This document shows, piece by piece, positions 7,613-17,221 of a DNA stretch of 32,000 nt. Both the position numbers and the translations under genes were made by a program. Positions within the stretch are counted from its first letter, which is position 1; each line of letters opens with the position of its first letter. This DNA is from Thermosulfurimonas dismutans. GTDB taxonomy: Bacteria; Desulfobacterota; Thermodesulfobacteria; Thermodesulfobacteriales; Thermodesulfobacteriaceae. A model generated the notes under the pieces. It was given only the letters and a program-made list of their open reading frames with translations, was not told the DNA's origin and did no database searches. Location of the stretch: assembly GCF_001652585.1 (NCBI RefSeq), contig NZ_LWLG01000006.1, forward strand, positions 62,684-94,683. Reading direction: 5' to 3'.

Positions 7613-8189
7613 AAAGTTTTAAGGCCTCGAGGTGTTCCTTAGTGCCGTACCCCTTATGGCGGGAAAATCCGTAAACCGGGTATGTAGGGCTTACGGACTC
7701 CATCAGACGATCCCGGGTAACCTTGGCCACGATGGAAGCCGCGGCCACAGAGGCACAGAGTGCGTCTCCGTCCACTACGGCCTTCTGCGGCCCGCTCCAG
7801 CCCGGAAGGCAAAAACGACCGTCCACCAAAAGGAGTTCCGGAGTAGGGGTAAGCCTGGTAACCGCTCGGGACATAGCCAAAAGGCTCGCCTGAAGGATCC
7901 CAAGGGCATCCACTTCCTCATGGGAAGCCTCTCCCACTGCCCAAGAAATGGCCTCCCGAACGATGATTTCATAAAGGGTTGCCCGTTTTTCGGGAGTTAA
8001 GACCTTGGAGTCCGCAAGATCTTCATGATCGAAATCCTCCGGGAGAATAACCGCGGCCGCCACCACCGGCCCAGCCAGCGCCCCCCGTCCGACCTCGTCC
8101 ACCCCGGCAATAAACCGATAGCCGGCCTTGCGGAAAGATTTCTCCCGCGCCCAACGCTGAGAAGAAAAATATTCGGGAGGCCAGAGCAT
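7539..8189 (-). CDS. rnhB: Ribonuclease HII
   Basis: IAGVDEVGRGALAGPVVAAAVIL active-site block, plus DSK and HRRTF motifs. Typical position downstream of rplS. Confidence 0.92.
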   Translation of the reverse strand: MLWPPEYFSSQRWAREKSFRKAGYRFIAGVDEVGRGALAGPVVAAAVILPEDFDHEDLADSKVLTPEKRATLYEIIVREAISWAVGEASHEEVDALGILQASLLAMSRAVTRLTPTPELLLVDGRFCLPGWSGPQKAVVDGDALCASVAAASIVAKVTRDRLMESVSPTYPVYGFSRHKGYGTKEHLEALKLYGPCPIHRRTFRPVSDLTGPPGPR

Positions 8190-8192
8190 ACC

Positions 8193-8540
8193 CTATAGAC
8201 GCTCCTTGATGCGGGCAGCCTTTCCGTAACGGCCACGGAGATAGTAAAGCCTAGCCCTCCGAACCTTACCCCGTTTCACAACTTCGATTTTTTCGATTCG
8301 GGGGGAATGGAGGGGAAAAGTTCTCTCCACACCTATACCGAAAGAGATCTTCCTAACGGTAAAAGTGGCCCCGGTACCACCTCCGCGTTTACGAATGACC
8401 ACACCCTCGAAGACCTGAACCCTTTCCTTTTCATCCCCTTCCTGAATCCGATAATGTACCCGAACAGTATCCCCCGGGCGGAAATCCGGTAGATCCTTTC
8501 GCAGATAACGTTTCTCTACCTCTTGAATAAGCGGAAACAT
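8193..8540 (-). CDS. rplS: 50S ribosomal protein L19
   Basis: The sequence [19 protein letters not shown]...[10 protein letters not shown] is unmistakably L19. Confidence 0.95.
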   Translation of the reverse strand: MFPLIQEVEKRYLRKDLPDFRPGDTVRVHYRIQEGDEKERVQVFEGVVIRKRGGGTGATFTVRKISFGIGVERTFPLHSPRIEKIEVVKRGKVRRARLYYLRGRYGKAARIKERL

Positions 8541-8541
8541 C

Positions 8542-9840
8542 TTATCTTCCCTCCCCTAACAAGCGATCAATTATAATGCTAGCCGCTGATCTTACCGAAA
8601 GATGGTTATACTCGTCAAGTCTTCCGGAAATAGGTAAAAGGAAATAATGGCTCTTGTCAAGGACCTCATCGGCCAGTCCCCAGGCCGTGCCGAATAACAC
8701 CAAAACCGGTTTCCCGGAGAAAATAAGACCTCGGGCCTCTTCATAAGAAAAGGTCTTTCGCAGGGGCCTGGCATCGGTGGCCAGGATGACGGGATCGTGG
8801 CCTTCGATCTTTCGGATCTCTTCAATAACCTCATTCAAAGAATGAACCGGACGCACCAGGCTCAGGGCCTCGCGACGGTCGGGATTGTGCTTAGCCCCAG
8901 GACCTGAAAGCCAGAACTCAAGCATCTCCTCCATGATAGCCCGCTGGTCAGATAGGGGCTGCACGATAAAATAAGCCTTAAGGCCGTAAGTTCTCGCCAC
9001 CCGGGCAATGTCGTGGAGATCAAGATTGGTGAAGGAGGAGGCGATCTTGCGGCCTTCCTTGTTCAGAACCGGATAGTGAAGCAGAGCCGCGTAAACTTTG
9101 GCCTTACGAGCCTTCTCCCGTTTTAGCTTCTCTAAGAAGGCTCGGTCTTCATCGGTAAGCGAAGCCTTGGCCAAAAGATCAGGACGTTTCTCAAAGGTTA
9201 TTCGCAGGGATTCCTCTCGTCTGAAACGCTCAATACGGGCGTGGTCGCCAGAGAGCAAAACCTCTGGAACCGTGTAGCCCATAAAATCCCGAGGTCGGGT
9301 GTACTGAGGATGTTTCAGGAGGCCCTCGGCAAAGGAATCTCGCTTTACGGAATCCTCACACCCTACCACCCCGGGCACAAGACGTGCGACGGTCTCGATC
9401 AAGACCAGAGCTGCCGCCTCACCGCCGAAAAGGACATAGTCTCCGATAGAAATCTCGTCATCTACGAAATACTGCCTTATGCGTTCATCTATCCCCTCGT
9501 AACGGCCACAGATTAAGATTAAATGTTTCTTTGCAAGTAGCTCGCGGGCCACCTCCTGATTGAAAAGCCTTCCCTGAGGAGAGAGATAAACTACCCAGGG
9601 TTCGGGAGACTCTTTTTTCAAGGCTTCGATGGCACGATAGAGGGGTTCGGGTTTAAGCAGCATACCCTCCCCACCACCAAACGGCTTATCATCCACCGTG
9701 CGGTGCTTGTCGGTAGCAAAGTCCCGTAGATTATGGAGACGGACCTTGAGCAACCCTTTCTGGATAGCCTTTCCCAAGAGACCAACCTTCAGGGGAGACT
9801 CAAAATATTCCGGGAAAATGGTTATGAGATCGAAAACCAT
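8542..9840 (-). CDS. trmD: tRNA (guanine37-N1)-methyltransferase TrmD fused to a C-terminal second SPOUT-like RNA methyltransferase domain
   Basis: Residues 1 to ~245 are canonical TrmD ([48 protein letters not shown]). Residues ~248-432 form an extra domain ([14 protein letters not shown]...LLFGTAWGL...[17 protein letters not shown]) that resembles the TM1570-type SPOUT family. Confidence 0.88.
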   Translation of the reverse strand: MVFDLITIFPEYFESPLKVGLLGKAIQKGLLKVRLHNLRDFATDKHRTVDDKPFGGGEGMLLKPEPLYRAIEALKKESPEPWVVYLSPQGRLFNQEVARELLAKKHLILICGRYEGIDERIRQYFVDDEISIGDYVLFGGEAAALVLIETVARLVPGVVGCEDSVKRDSFAEGLLKHPQYTRPRDFMGYTVPEVLLSGDHARIERFRREESLRITFEKRPDLLAKASLTDEDRAFLEKLKREKARKAKVYAALLHYPVLNKEGRKIASSFTNLDLHDIARVARTYGLKAYFIVQPLSDQRAIMEEMLEFWLSGPGAKHNPDRREALSLVRPVHSLNEVIEEIRKIEGHDPVILATDARPLRKTFSYEEARGLIFSGKPVLVLFGTAWGLADEVLDKSHYFLLPISGRLDEYNHLSVRSAASIIIDRLLGEGR

Positions 9841-9841
9841 C

Positions 9842-10378
9842 TCAAATCTGGCTCTCGATAAGTCCGGGGGTGGGACGAACTAGAACGTAGCCCTCATCAA
9901 GATTGATCTCCAGGATCACCTCCTCCACCATGGGAAGGTAAAAACTTTGGCCCTCTTTGGTTTCCACCTCAAGGAGGTCGTAAGGCCCAACCGGCATCAC
10001 GCCCTTAACCCGGCCCAGGATCTCTCCAGCTTCGGTCTTCACAGGAAGGTCTTCGATCTGAAAATAATAGAACTCTCCCTCTTCAAGTTCGGGAAAATCA
10101 GAAACTTCGGCATAGAGAACCCTTCCCCGCAACCCCTCAGCGATCTCAACATCCTCGATACCCTCAAAACGAAAAAGGAAGTCCCGCCCCCCTGGGGCCT
10201 CCCTTACTGAAATAGGTATTAAGATCTCTTCGCCTTCTTTTTGAAGGAAAAATCGAGGAAGTTCCTTTAAAAGCTCTCGATTGGAAAGAAAGGGAAGGAC
10301 TCGAACCTCGCCTTTTAGTCCATGAGGGCGGGTGATCTTACCTACTGCCACCCGCCCTCTTTTTTTCGGATTACTCAA
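9842..10378 (-). CDS. rimM: 16S rRNA processing protein RimM
   Basis: [19 protein letters not shown]-terminal motif followed by a PRC-barrel-like C-terminus. Canonical position between the KH protein and trmD. Confidence 0.92.
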   Translation of the reverse strand: MSNPKKRGRVAVGKITRPHGLKGEVRVLPFLSNRELLKELPRFFLQKEGEEILIPISVREAPGGRDFLFRFEGIEDVEIAEGLRGRVLYAEVSDFPELEEGEFYYFQIEDLPVKTEAGEILGRVKGVMPVGPYDLLEVETKEGQSFYLPMVEEVILEINLDEGYVLVRPTPGLIESQI

Positions 10379-10610
10379 TAATCTCTAACACCGCCCGTTT
10401 ACGAAGCTTGGTGGAAGCCGCACTCAGGATGGTCCGCATAGCCCGGGCCGTGCGTCCCTGTTTACCGATGACCTTACCCAGATCCTCCTTAGCCACCCGC
10501 AACTCGATTACTGAGGTCTGCTCGCCTTCAATCTCGTTTACCTGAACAGCATCCGGATTGTCCACCAAGGCCTTGGCCATCTGCTCCACCAGTTCCTTGA
10601 GCTTGCCCAT
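10371..10610 (-). CDS. KH-domain RNA-binding protein (UPF0109/YlqC-like)
   Basis: 79 aa with a [18 protein letters not shown] (GxxG) motif. Canonical position between rpsP and rimM. Confidence 0.88.
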   Translation of the reverse strand: MGKLKELVEQMAKALVDNPDAVQVNEIEGEQTSVIELRVAKEDLGKVIGKQGRTARAMRTILSAASTKLRKRAVLEIIE

Positions 10611-10678
10611 CTTCTACCTCCTCCACTGGGAATCTTTTAGCGAGAATTTTACTCTACAAAACCCACGGCCGTAAAGAC

Positions 10679-10948
10679 CTAAGCCGCTTTCTTTTGCTGA
10701 ATCTCTTTGAGGATCCCGGTACGCTTGAGAAGGGCCCTTACGGTCTCCGTAGGCTCGGCCCCCCTATCGAGCCATTTCTTTACCTTTTCGGGATCCACCT
10801 TGAATTCAAAGGGTTCTTTAACAGGATCATAGTAGCCTAGGATCTCCAGAAACTTACCGTCTCGCGGCGCCGAGGCCTCCGCCGCCACCACCCGATAAAA
10901 AGGCCGATTGCGCCGCCCCATCCGCATGAGCCTAATCCTTACCGCCAC
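10679..10948 (-). CDS. rpsP: 30S ribosomal protein S16
   Basis: [23 protein letters not shown] is the conserved S16 N-terminus. Confidence 0.95.
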   Translation of the reverse strand: MAVRIRLMRMGRRNRPFYRVVAAEASAPRDGKFLEILGYYDPVKEPFEFKVDPEKVKKWLDRGAEPTETVRALLKRTGILKEIQQKKAA

Positions 10949-11035
10949 CTTTGTTCACCTCCTTTGCCCAAACTGTTTCGGCTCCTAATTTAAACCGAAA
11001 TGCGCAAACATCAATACTGATTTTAAAAAGGTGCC

Positions 11036-12367
11036 TCAAAAGGCCTGCAAAAGCCTCCGGGCTAAACGTTCTAGCCCCCGTGGACCTCGAGCTTTCTTGA
11101 GGAGCTTGCGCATCTCTTCGTAACTCTTGAGTAGTTTGTTCACCTCCTGAACAGTGGTTCCGCTTCCCCGGGCAATCCGACGCTTGCGGCTAGCGTTAAT
11201 GATCCGGGGATTGAGACGTTCTTGGCGGGTCATGGAGTTGATGATGGCCTCCATCCGCACCAGTTCTTTTTCATCGAAGGGCATCTCCTTGATCTTCTTA
11301 CCGATTCCAGGAAGGAGCGAAAAGACTTCCTGCATGGAACCCAGCTTCCGCATCTGTTTTATCTGTTCCCGTAAATCCTCAAGGGTAAATTCCCGTCGGC
11401 GAAGTTTTTCCTGAAGTTCACGAGCCTTTTTAAGATCAAAGGCCTCCTGGGCCTTCTCGATCAGGGTCAGGACATCTCCCATTCCCAAAATACGGGAGGC
11501 CAACCGATCCGGATAAAAGACCTCCAGAGCCTCCAGTTTCTCGCCGGTTCCGATGAACTTGATAGGGCACCCCGTAACCTCGCGAATGGAAAGAGCGGCC
11601 CCCCCTCTAGCATCGCCCTCCACCTTGGTAAGGATCACCCCCGTAAGTCCCACCTTTTCGTGAAAGCTCTTGGCAATGTTTACAGCATCTTGGCCAGTCA
11701 TGGCGTCGGCGACCAAGAGCACCTCACGGGGACTTACGGTTTCCTTGATGGCCGCGGCCTCGGTCATCATGGCCTCGTCGATATGGAGGCGGCCAGCGGT
11801 GTCAATGATGGCCACGTCTCGCCCCAAGGCCTTGGCCTCGGCTAGGGCCTTTTTAGCAATTTCAACCGGATTGTCTGTAGGATCAGTGTCGTAAACCGGG
11901 ACCCCCACCCTTTCGGCAAGAGTCTTCAACTGATCAATAGCCGCCGGCCGATAAACGTCCGCCGGCACCAAATAGGGCCGATGCCCCTTCTTCCTAAGAA
12001 AGAGGGCCAGTTTGGCCGCCGTAGTGGTCTTACCTGACCCCTGAAGACCTACCAGAAGGATAGGAACCGGCCTTGATCCACCGAGATCCAGAGGCGCCGG
12101 AGTTTCTCCCAGAGTCCGAATGAGTTCTTCGTGAACGATCTTTATGAGTTGCTGAGCCGGAGTGAGGCTCTCGAGGACTTCCGCCCCCAGGGCCCTTTCC
12201 CGCACGCGATCGACAAAATTTTTGACCACCCGGTAATTAACGTCGGCCTCAAGCAGGGCCAGACGTACCTCCCTGAGACCCCGCTCCACATCATCCTTGG
12301 TGAGTTTGCCCTTGCCCCGGAGCCTCTGAAAAACCCCTTCCAACCTTTCACTTAAATTTTCAAACAT
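11036..12367 (-). CDS. ffh: Signal recognition particle protein Ffh
   Basis: N domain, G domain with [10 protein letters not shown] and DTAGR, and a methionine-rich M domain ([10 protein letters not shown]..., RIARGSG). Confidence 0.95.
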   Translation of the reverse strand: MFENLSERLEGVFQRLRGKGKLTKDDVERGLREVRLALLEADVNYRVVKNFVDRVRERALGAEVLESLTPAQQLIKIVHEELIRTLGETPAPLDLGGSRPVPILLVGLQGSGKTTTAAKLALFLRKKGHRPYLVPADVYRPAAIDQLKTLAERVGVPVYDTDPTDNPVEIAKKALAEAKALGRDVAIIDTAGRLHIDEAMMTEAAAIKETVSPREVLLVADAMTGQDAVNIAKSFHEKVGLTGVILTKVEGDARGGAALSIREVTGCPIKFIGTGEKLEALEVFYPDRLASRILGMGDVLTLIEKAQEAFDLKKARELQEKLRRREFTLEDLREQIKQMRKLGSMQEVFSLLPGIGKKIKEMPFDEKELVRMEAIINSMTRQERLNPRIINASRKRRIARGSGTTVQEVNKLLKSYEEMRKLLKKARGPRGLERLARRLLQAF

Positions 12368-12427
12368 ACCTTGCCCTGTTTTTCTCTCTTTTCGTATTTT
12401 TCAATCATAATGAGCCGGTTAGGGGTG

Positions 12428-13414
12428 TCAATAAGCCAGGGTCATCACCTTCCAACCAAGATAGGCCAGATAGGCAACCAGGAAGAAGATACCATCCCGC
12501 CTCCTGATCTTGCCCGAAAAGGAAAAAAACCATAGACCCAAGGAGAGAAAGAACGTCATAAAAAGGTCGGGAAATCCCTGTTCGGGGACCGGAACCGGCC
12601 GAATAGTAGCGGTGACCCCCAAGATGAAAAGTAGATTAAAGATATTTGACCCCACGATATTTCCGATGAGAAGGTCCGTCTCGCCACGCCTTACAGCCAT
12701 AATAGAGATAGCAATCTCTGGAAGGCTAGTCCCGAGAGCGATAAGGGTAAATCCGATAAAGGCCTTTGGAAGTCCCAAGGCCGTAGCCAAACTTACGGCG
12801 AACCTTACGGTGACCTCGGCCCCAAGAACCAGCCCGGCCACTCCCAAGACAAAAAGTCCTAAGGCCACCGGAATGGAAAGCGGCTTTTCGGGTAAGGTCT
12901 CGGAAGCCGCCTGAAGCGCCAGACCGTTTAAACGATCCTGAACGACTTCAACCAGGTTGTAGTAGATGAAAATAGCAAAAAAGAGAAGCAGGAGGAGACT
13001 CTCGGTGCGGGAGTAAAGGGCTGGACCGTTAGAGAGATAAGGATCAAGGACTGCGACCACCGCAGCTACGGTAGCAAGCATCATCATTGGGATTTCCCGC
13101 CTGACCACAATGCTCTCGACCGCCAGAGGAGCTATCAGGGCTGCCAGGCCTATTCCTAGACCGATATTGGCAAGATTAGAGCCTATGATATTTCCAAAGG
13201 AAATCTCTCCGGCCCGAAGGGCGGCGGCCACATTTACGGCCAACTCTGGGGCACTAGTCCCGAAGGCCACCACCGTAAGGCCGATGACCGTGGTAGAAAT
13301 CCCCAAGCGCCGAGCCAAGGCCGCCGCCCCCCGTACCATGAGATCTCCCCCACCGAGGAGAATGGCAAGCCCTAAAAGAGTAAAAATGAGATCTAGAAAA
13401 ATCGACATATTCAT
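12428..13414 (-). CDS. Ca2+/cation antiporter (CaCA family, YrbG-like sodium/calcium exchanger)
   Basis: Polytopic membrane protein with two alpha-repeat motifs (GTSAPELAV and GTSLPEIAIS, each followed by GNIIGSN / GNIVGSN). Confidence 0.85.
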   Translation of the reverse strand: MNMSIFLDLIFTLLGLAILLGGGDLMVRGAAALARRLGISTTVIGLTVVAFGTSAPELAVNVAAALRAGEISFGNIIGSNLANIGLGIGLAALIAPLAVESIVVRREIPMMMLATVAAVVAVLDPYLSNGPALYSRTESLLLLLFFAIFIYYNLVEVVQDRLNGLALQAASETLPEKPLSIPVALGLFVLGVAGLVLGAEVTVRFAVSLATALGLPKAFIGFTLIALGTSLPEIAISIMAVRRGETDLLIGNIVGSNIFNLLFILGVTATIRPVPVPEQGFPDLFMTFFLSLGLWFFSFSGKIRRRDGIFFLVAYLAYLGWKVMTLAY

Positions 13415-13423
13415 TATTATAAT
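13394..13423 (+). promoter_or_regulatory. Candidate promoter giving a leaderless or near-leaderless nrdJ mRNA
   Basis: A perfect TATAAT at 13418-13423 ends 6 nt before the nrdJ ATG (13430). TAGAAA lies 18 nt upstream (13394-13399). There is no properly spaced SD. Sequence match only. Confidence 0.3.
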
Positions 13424-13429
13424 GAAAGG

Positions 13430-15229
13430 ATGAAGTTTCCCAAGACGGACCTCCCTTTAAGGGAGCCTGCCCTTCTGGTCCTTGCCTACCGATACTTGGT
13501 AAAGGACGAAAACGGCGAAGTAGTGGAGACCCCTGAGGAGATGTTCTGGCGGGTGGCCCGGACAGTAGCCGAGGCCGAAAGTTTCTTCGGAGAAGATCCG
13601 GAACCCTGGGCCGAAAAATTTTATCACCTCATGGCCTCTCTGGATTTCCTCCCCAACTCCCCTACCCTCATGAACGCCGGTCTTCCCCTAGGACAGCTCT
13701 CGGCCTGTTTCGTGCTACCGATAGAGGATTCCCTGGCGTCCATTTTCGAAACTCTGAAAAACGCGGCCCTCATTCACAAATCCGGCGGTGGAACCGGCTT
13801 TTCTTTCTCTCGTATAAGACCCAAGGGCGATGTGGTTAGGAGCACTCAGGGAGTAGCCAGCGGGCCGGTTTCCTTCATGAGGGTCTTTAACGCCGCCACC
13901 GAGGCCATCAAACAGGGCGGCAAGCGCCGCGGGGCCAACATGGGCATCCTGCGGATAGATCATCCAGACATTGAGGATTTCATCCTGGTAAAGCGAGATT
14001 TTAAAGAACTCACCAACTTCAACCTCTCCGTGGCCTTAACGGACGCCTTCATGGAAGCCCTTAGGAAAGACGATTACTTCTCTCTTATAAATCCCAGAAC
14101 CCAAAAGGAAGTTCGCAGAGTTCGAGCGCGGAGGCTATTTGACCTCCTAGTAGAAAGTGCCTGGCTTACCGGAGATCCGGGGGTTATCTTCATCGACACC
14201 ATCAATCGAGACAACCCTACCCCCCTGCTCAGCGAAATCGAAAGCACCAATCCGTGTAGCGAACAACCACTGCTTCCCTACGAATCTTGTAACCTCGGGT
14301 CTATCAATCTCTCCCGCTTCGTTAAAGAAGGACAGGTGGATTACGTACGTCTCAAAGAAGTCGTACACCTGGCCGTACGGTTTCTCGATAACGTCATCGA
14401 AGTGAATCGATTTCCCTTGCCTCAAATCGCCAGGATCACCCGGCTCAATCGCAAGATAGGCCTTGGAGTAATGGGCTTTGCGGACCTACTCATTAGGTTA
14501 GAAATCCCATACACTTCTAGAGAGGCCGTAAGGCTGGCGGAAGAAATCATGGCCTTTATCGAGCGGGAATCCGTAGCCGCAAGCATGGAGTTGGGCCAAA
14601 AACGGGGAAGCTTTCCCGCCTATGCCGGAAGCGTATGGGACAAACCCGAAACCCCTCACATGCGGAACGCCACCACCACTACCATCGCCCCTACCGGGAC
14701 TCTCTCCCTCATCGCCGGGACCTCCTCGGGCATCGAACCCCTCTTTGCCCTGATCTACCGCCGAAGGGCCTTTGATGGAGCCGAGTGGACCGAAGTCCAT
14801 GATCTCTTCTTGGAGGCCCTTGCCCATTACGGCCTTTCTTCCCAAGATATCGTTTCTGAAATCCTAGAAAAAGGGAGTCTGCGCAAGATTTCCGGCGTAC
14901 CGGAAAAACTTAAGAAACTCTTCGTAACAGCCTTAGAGATCCCGCCGGAGCAACACCTAGCCGTCCAGGCGGCCTTCCAGCGTCACACCCACAACGCAGT
15001 CTCGAAGACCATAAATCTTCCGGAAAACGCCACCAAGGAGGAAGTTGCACACATTTACCTCAAAGCTTACGAGATGGGACTTAAGGGGGTCACAGTATAT
15101 CGCTATGGCTCTCGTCCAGAGCAGGTCCTGAGACTACCCAAGGATAAGTGTCCGGACTGTGGGAACACGCTTAAAAACCGAGAATATTGTCTCCTCTGTG
15201 AGAATTGCGGTTATTCCGAGTGCGGCTAG
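13430..15229 (+). CDS. nrdJ: Adenosylcobalamin-dependent (class II) ribonucleotide reductase
   Basis: TNPCSEQPLLPYESCNLGSINL active-site block, ETPEEMFWRVA N-terminal motif, and a C-terminal Cys-rich tail CPDCG-x10-CLLCENCGYSEC. Confidence 0.9.
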   Translation: MKFPKTDLPLREPALLVLAYRYLVKDENGEVVETPEEMFWRVARTVAEAESFFGEDPEPWAEKFYHLMASLDFLPNSPTLMNAGLPLGQLSACFVLPIEDSLASIFETLKNAALIHKSGGGTGFSFSRIRPKGDVVRSTQGVASGPVSFMRVFNAATEAIKQGGKRRGANMGILRIDHPDIEDFILVKRDFKELTNFNLSVALTDAFMEALRKDDYFSLINPRTQKEVRRVRARRLFDLLVESAWLTGDPGVIFIDTINRDNPTPLLSEIESTNPCSEQPLLPYESCNLGSINLSRFVKEGQVDYVRLKEVVHLAVRFLDNVIEVNRFPLPQIARITRLNRKIGLGVMGFADLLIRLEIPYTSREAVRLAEEIMAFIERESVAASMELGQKRGSFPAYAGSVWDKPETPHMRNATTTTIAPTGTLSLIAGTSSGIEPLFALIYRRRAFDGAEWTEVHDLFLEALAHYGLSSQDIVSEILEKGSLRKISGVPEKLKKLFVTALEIPPEQHLAVQAAFQRHTHNAVSKTINLPENATKEEVAHIYLKAYEMGLKGVTVYRYGSRPEQVLRLPKDKCPDCGNTLKNREYCLLCENCGYSECG

Positions 15230-15981
15230 GCCTTCCGAAGATAGAGACACTCCCCGGCCAAAATTCTTATCATCCTTCCTTCTTCGGTCTTAAGGATAAG
15301 GGCTCCCTCTTCGTCCACCTCGCAAGCCATCCCAATAAAGAGCCCCTCAGGAGAAGCCACCCGAACCTTTCGGCCCAGGGTATCCGAAAGTGTCCTCCAC
15401 CTCGAAAGCACCTCCTCTGGCGAGAAATCCTCAAAGATAGTATAAAGTTCCTTTAAGATAGATCGCAGAAGCTCCTCTCGAGAGAGCCTCCTTCCCAAAA
15501 TTTCACAAAGGGCCACCCCGGAAGACTCAAATTGCGAAACAGGATGATTCACATTTACCCCTATGCCAATGAGAGCATATTTGGGAACTTTCTCTCCGGG
15601 GGCCATTTCAAGGAGGATGCCAGCCACTTTTCGCCCACCGTAAAGTACATCGTTCGGCCACTTAAGGGTTACCGAAAGGTCGTATTCTTTTTTAATGGCC
15701 CTGGCCACCGCCACTCCGGAAGCCAATGAGAGGAGATGGGCCTTTTTCGACGGAATTTCAGGACGCACGATGAGAGTAAAATAAAGCCCCCCTTCAGGCG
15801 AAAGCCAGTTTCGGCCGCGGCGGCCCCTTCCACGGTTCTGTTTTTCAGCCACCACCACCCCGATCTTGCCCTCCTCGGCAAGGATCCGGGCCACGTCCAT
15901 AGTACTCTCTACTTCCGAATAAGAAAAAAGGGGGACCTTAACCCAAGACGAACTCTCCATATTGGCTAAGTTTATCATCAT
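15226..15981 (-). CDS. birA: Biotin-[acetyl-CoA-carboxylase] ligase (group I, no HTH domain)
   Basis: GRGRRGRNWLSPEGGLYFTL biotin-binding loop and KWPNDV motif. 251 aa. The exact start is ambiguous (M1, M2 or M8). Confidence 0.88.
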   Translation of the reverse strand: MMINLANMESSSWVKVPLFSYSEVESTMDVARILAEEGKIGVVVAEKQNRGRGRRGRNWLSPEGGLYFTLIVRPEIPSKKAHLLSLASGVAVARAIKKEYDLSVTLKWPNDVLYGGRKVAGILLEMAPGEKVPKYALIGIGVNVNHPVSQFESSGVALCEILGRRLSREELLRSILKELYTIFEDFSPEEVLSRWRTLSDTLGRKVRVASPEGLFIGMACEVDEEGALILKTEEGRMIRILAGECLYLRKA

Positions 15982-16037
15982 TGAGAGTGTTCCGAAATTG
16001 CCTAAAAAGGCTTTATATATTAATATTCAAAATTGTC

Positions 16038-16346
16038 ATGAAGGCTCTAGATAGAGGTCTAAAAAAAGGTTGGTTATGGTGTCTCTTGGGAGGGAGCCTG
16101 CTTATGGCCCTTCTCATACTTGGGGGAGAGCTCACCGGTAAGGCCAAGGTTATGGAGACCCCTGTCGCCGAATTGAATCTTAAAGAGATTCAACTCCTAA
16201 AAGAGTACCACGGTGCTAGGGCCGTAAAGTTTGAAAATGGCAAATGGTATTTCCTTGGCCCCCGAGGGCGTAAGTGGTATCCCCTCACCACTTCCATGGC
16301 CTGTCGGGAGCTCAGGCTTTCCTGCACGGAAACGGTCGCTAAATGA
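16038..16346 (+). CDS. Small hypothetical membrane-anchored protein (102 aa)
   Basis: MKALDRGLKKGWLWCLLGGSLLMALLILGG is an N-terminal TM anchor. Its stop overlaps the tyrA start through ATGA at 16343-16346, which suggests translational coupling. No recognisable RBS and no similarity I can name. The ATG at 16038 is preferred over the track start at 15981. Confidence 0.45.
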   Translation: MKALDRGLKKGWLWCLLGGSLLMALLILGGELTGKAKVMETPVAELNLKEIQLLKEYHGARAVKFENGKWYFLGPRGRKWYPLTTSMACRELRLSCTETVAK

Positions 16347-17221
16347 AACCTTCCCTCATTGGTATTGTCGGCGGGCTGGGTAGAATGGGGGCCTGGTTCC
16401 GCCGAGTTTTTGAGGAAGCGGGATACACCGTTCTGGTCTCCGATCTCAATACCCCTTTGACCAACCGTGATCTTGCGGAAAGATGCGAAGTGGTAATTGT
16501 TTCCGTGCCCATGCCGGTCTTCCCGAAGGTCATTCGGGAAATAGGGCCTCATCTTCCTAAAAACGCCGGCCTCATAGACCTTTGTTCCTTAAAGGCCCGA
16601 GAAGTAAAACTCATGTTAGAGCACAGTACCTCTGAAGTGGTAGGGGCTCACCCTCTTTTCGGCCCATACGAAAAAGGTCTTCAAGGACAAACCGTAGCCC
16701 TTTGTCCGGCCCGGGGGCAAACCTGGTACCAATGGTTTAAGGACTTCCTAGAAGAAAAGGGCGCCCGTACGGTTACCGTATCTCCTGAAGAACACGACCG
16801 TATCATGAGCTTGGTCCAAGTCCTGAACCATTTTTGGCTCCTGGTACTCGGAAGGACCATTGAAAAAAGCAGGCTTTCTCTCGAAAAACTGGTGGCCCTT
16901 TCCACCCCTAGCTTCAAAAGACAGCTAGAAATCTTCTCTCGGCTGGCTCCTCAGGACCCCGAACTCTATGCCGCCATCCAGTTTGACAACCCTTTAGGAG
17001 ACGAAACTCGAAAGCTTTTCTGGCAACTCTCCAAAGAACTTTCCGAAATCATTGCCCATCGAGACCGCAAGACCTATATAGAGTATTTTAAAGATATGCA
17101 GATCTTAGCCCGAAAGGTAGGGACCTTCCTTTCGACCTCGGCGAATCCAAAACAGAAGCCCCCCCAAAACGACCATCAGGACACAGAAGACCTGTCCACG
17201 GGTCATCCAGCCAAACAGTAA
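16343..17221 (+). CDS. tyrA: Prephenate dehydrogenase
   Basis: An N-terminal Rossmann motif IGIVGGLGRMG, then VVGAHPLFGP and the SPEEHDRIMSLVQVLNHF blocks typical of TyrA. The last ~35 aa form a hydrophilic tail encoded antisense to the lgt 3' end. Confidence 0.85.
   Translation: MKPSLIGIVGGLGRMGAWFRRVFEEAGYTVLVSDLNTPLTNRDLAERCEVVIVSVPMPVFPKVIREIGPHLPKNAGLIDLCSLKAREVKLMLEHSTSEVVGAHPLFGPYEKGLQGQTVALCPARGQTWYQWFKDFLEEKGARTVTVSPEEHDRIMSLVQVLNHFWLLVLGRTIEKSRLSLEKLVALSTPSFKRQLEIFSRLAPQDPELYAAIQFDNPLGDETRKLFWQLSKELSEIIAHRDRKTYIEYFKDMQILARKVGTFLSTSANPKQKPPQNDHQDTEDLSTGHPAKQ

Noticed and set aside
10976-11000. The hairpin TTTCGG-N13-CCGAAA between ffh and rpsP
   Set aside because: A 6-bp AT-rich stem with a large loop and no flanking U-tract. 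It could be chance, and the evidence for a terminator or leader element is insufficient.
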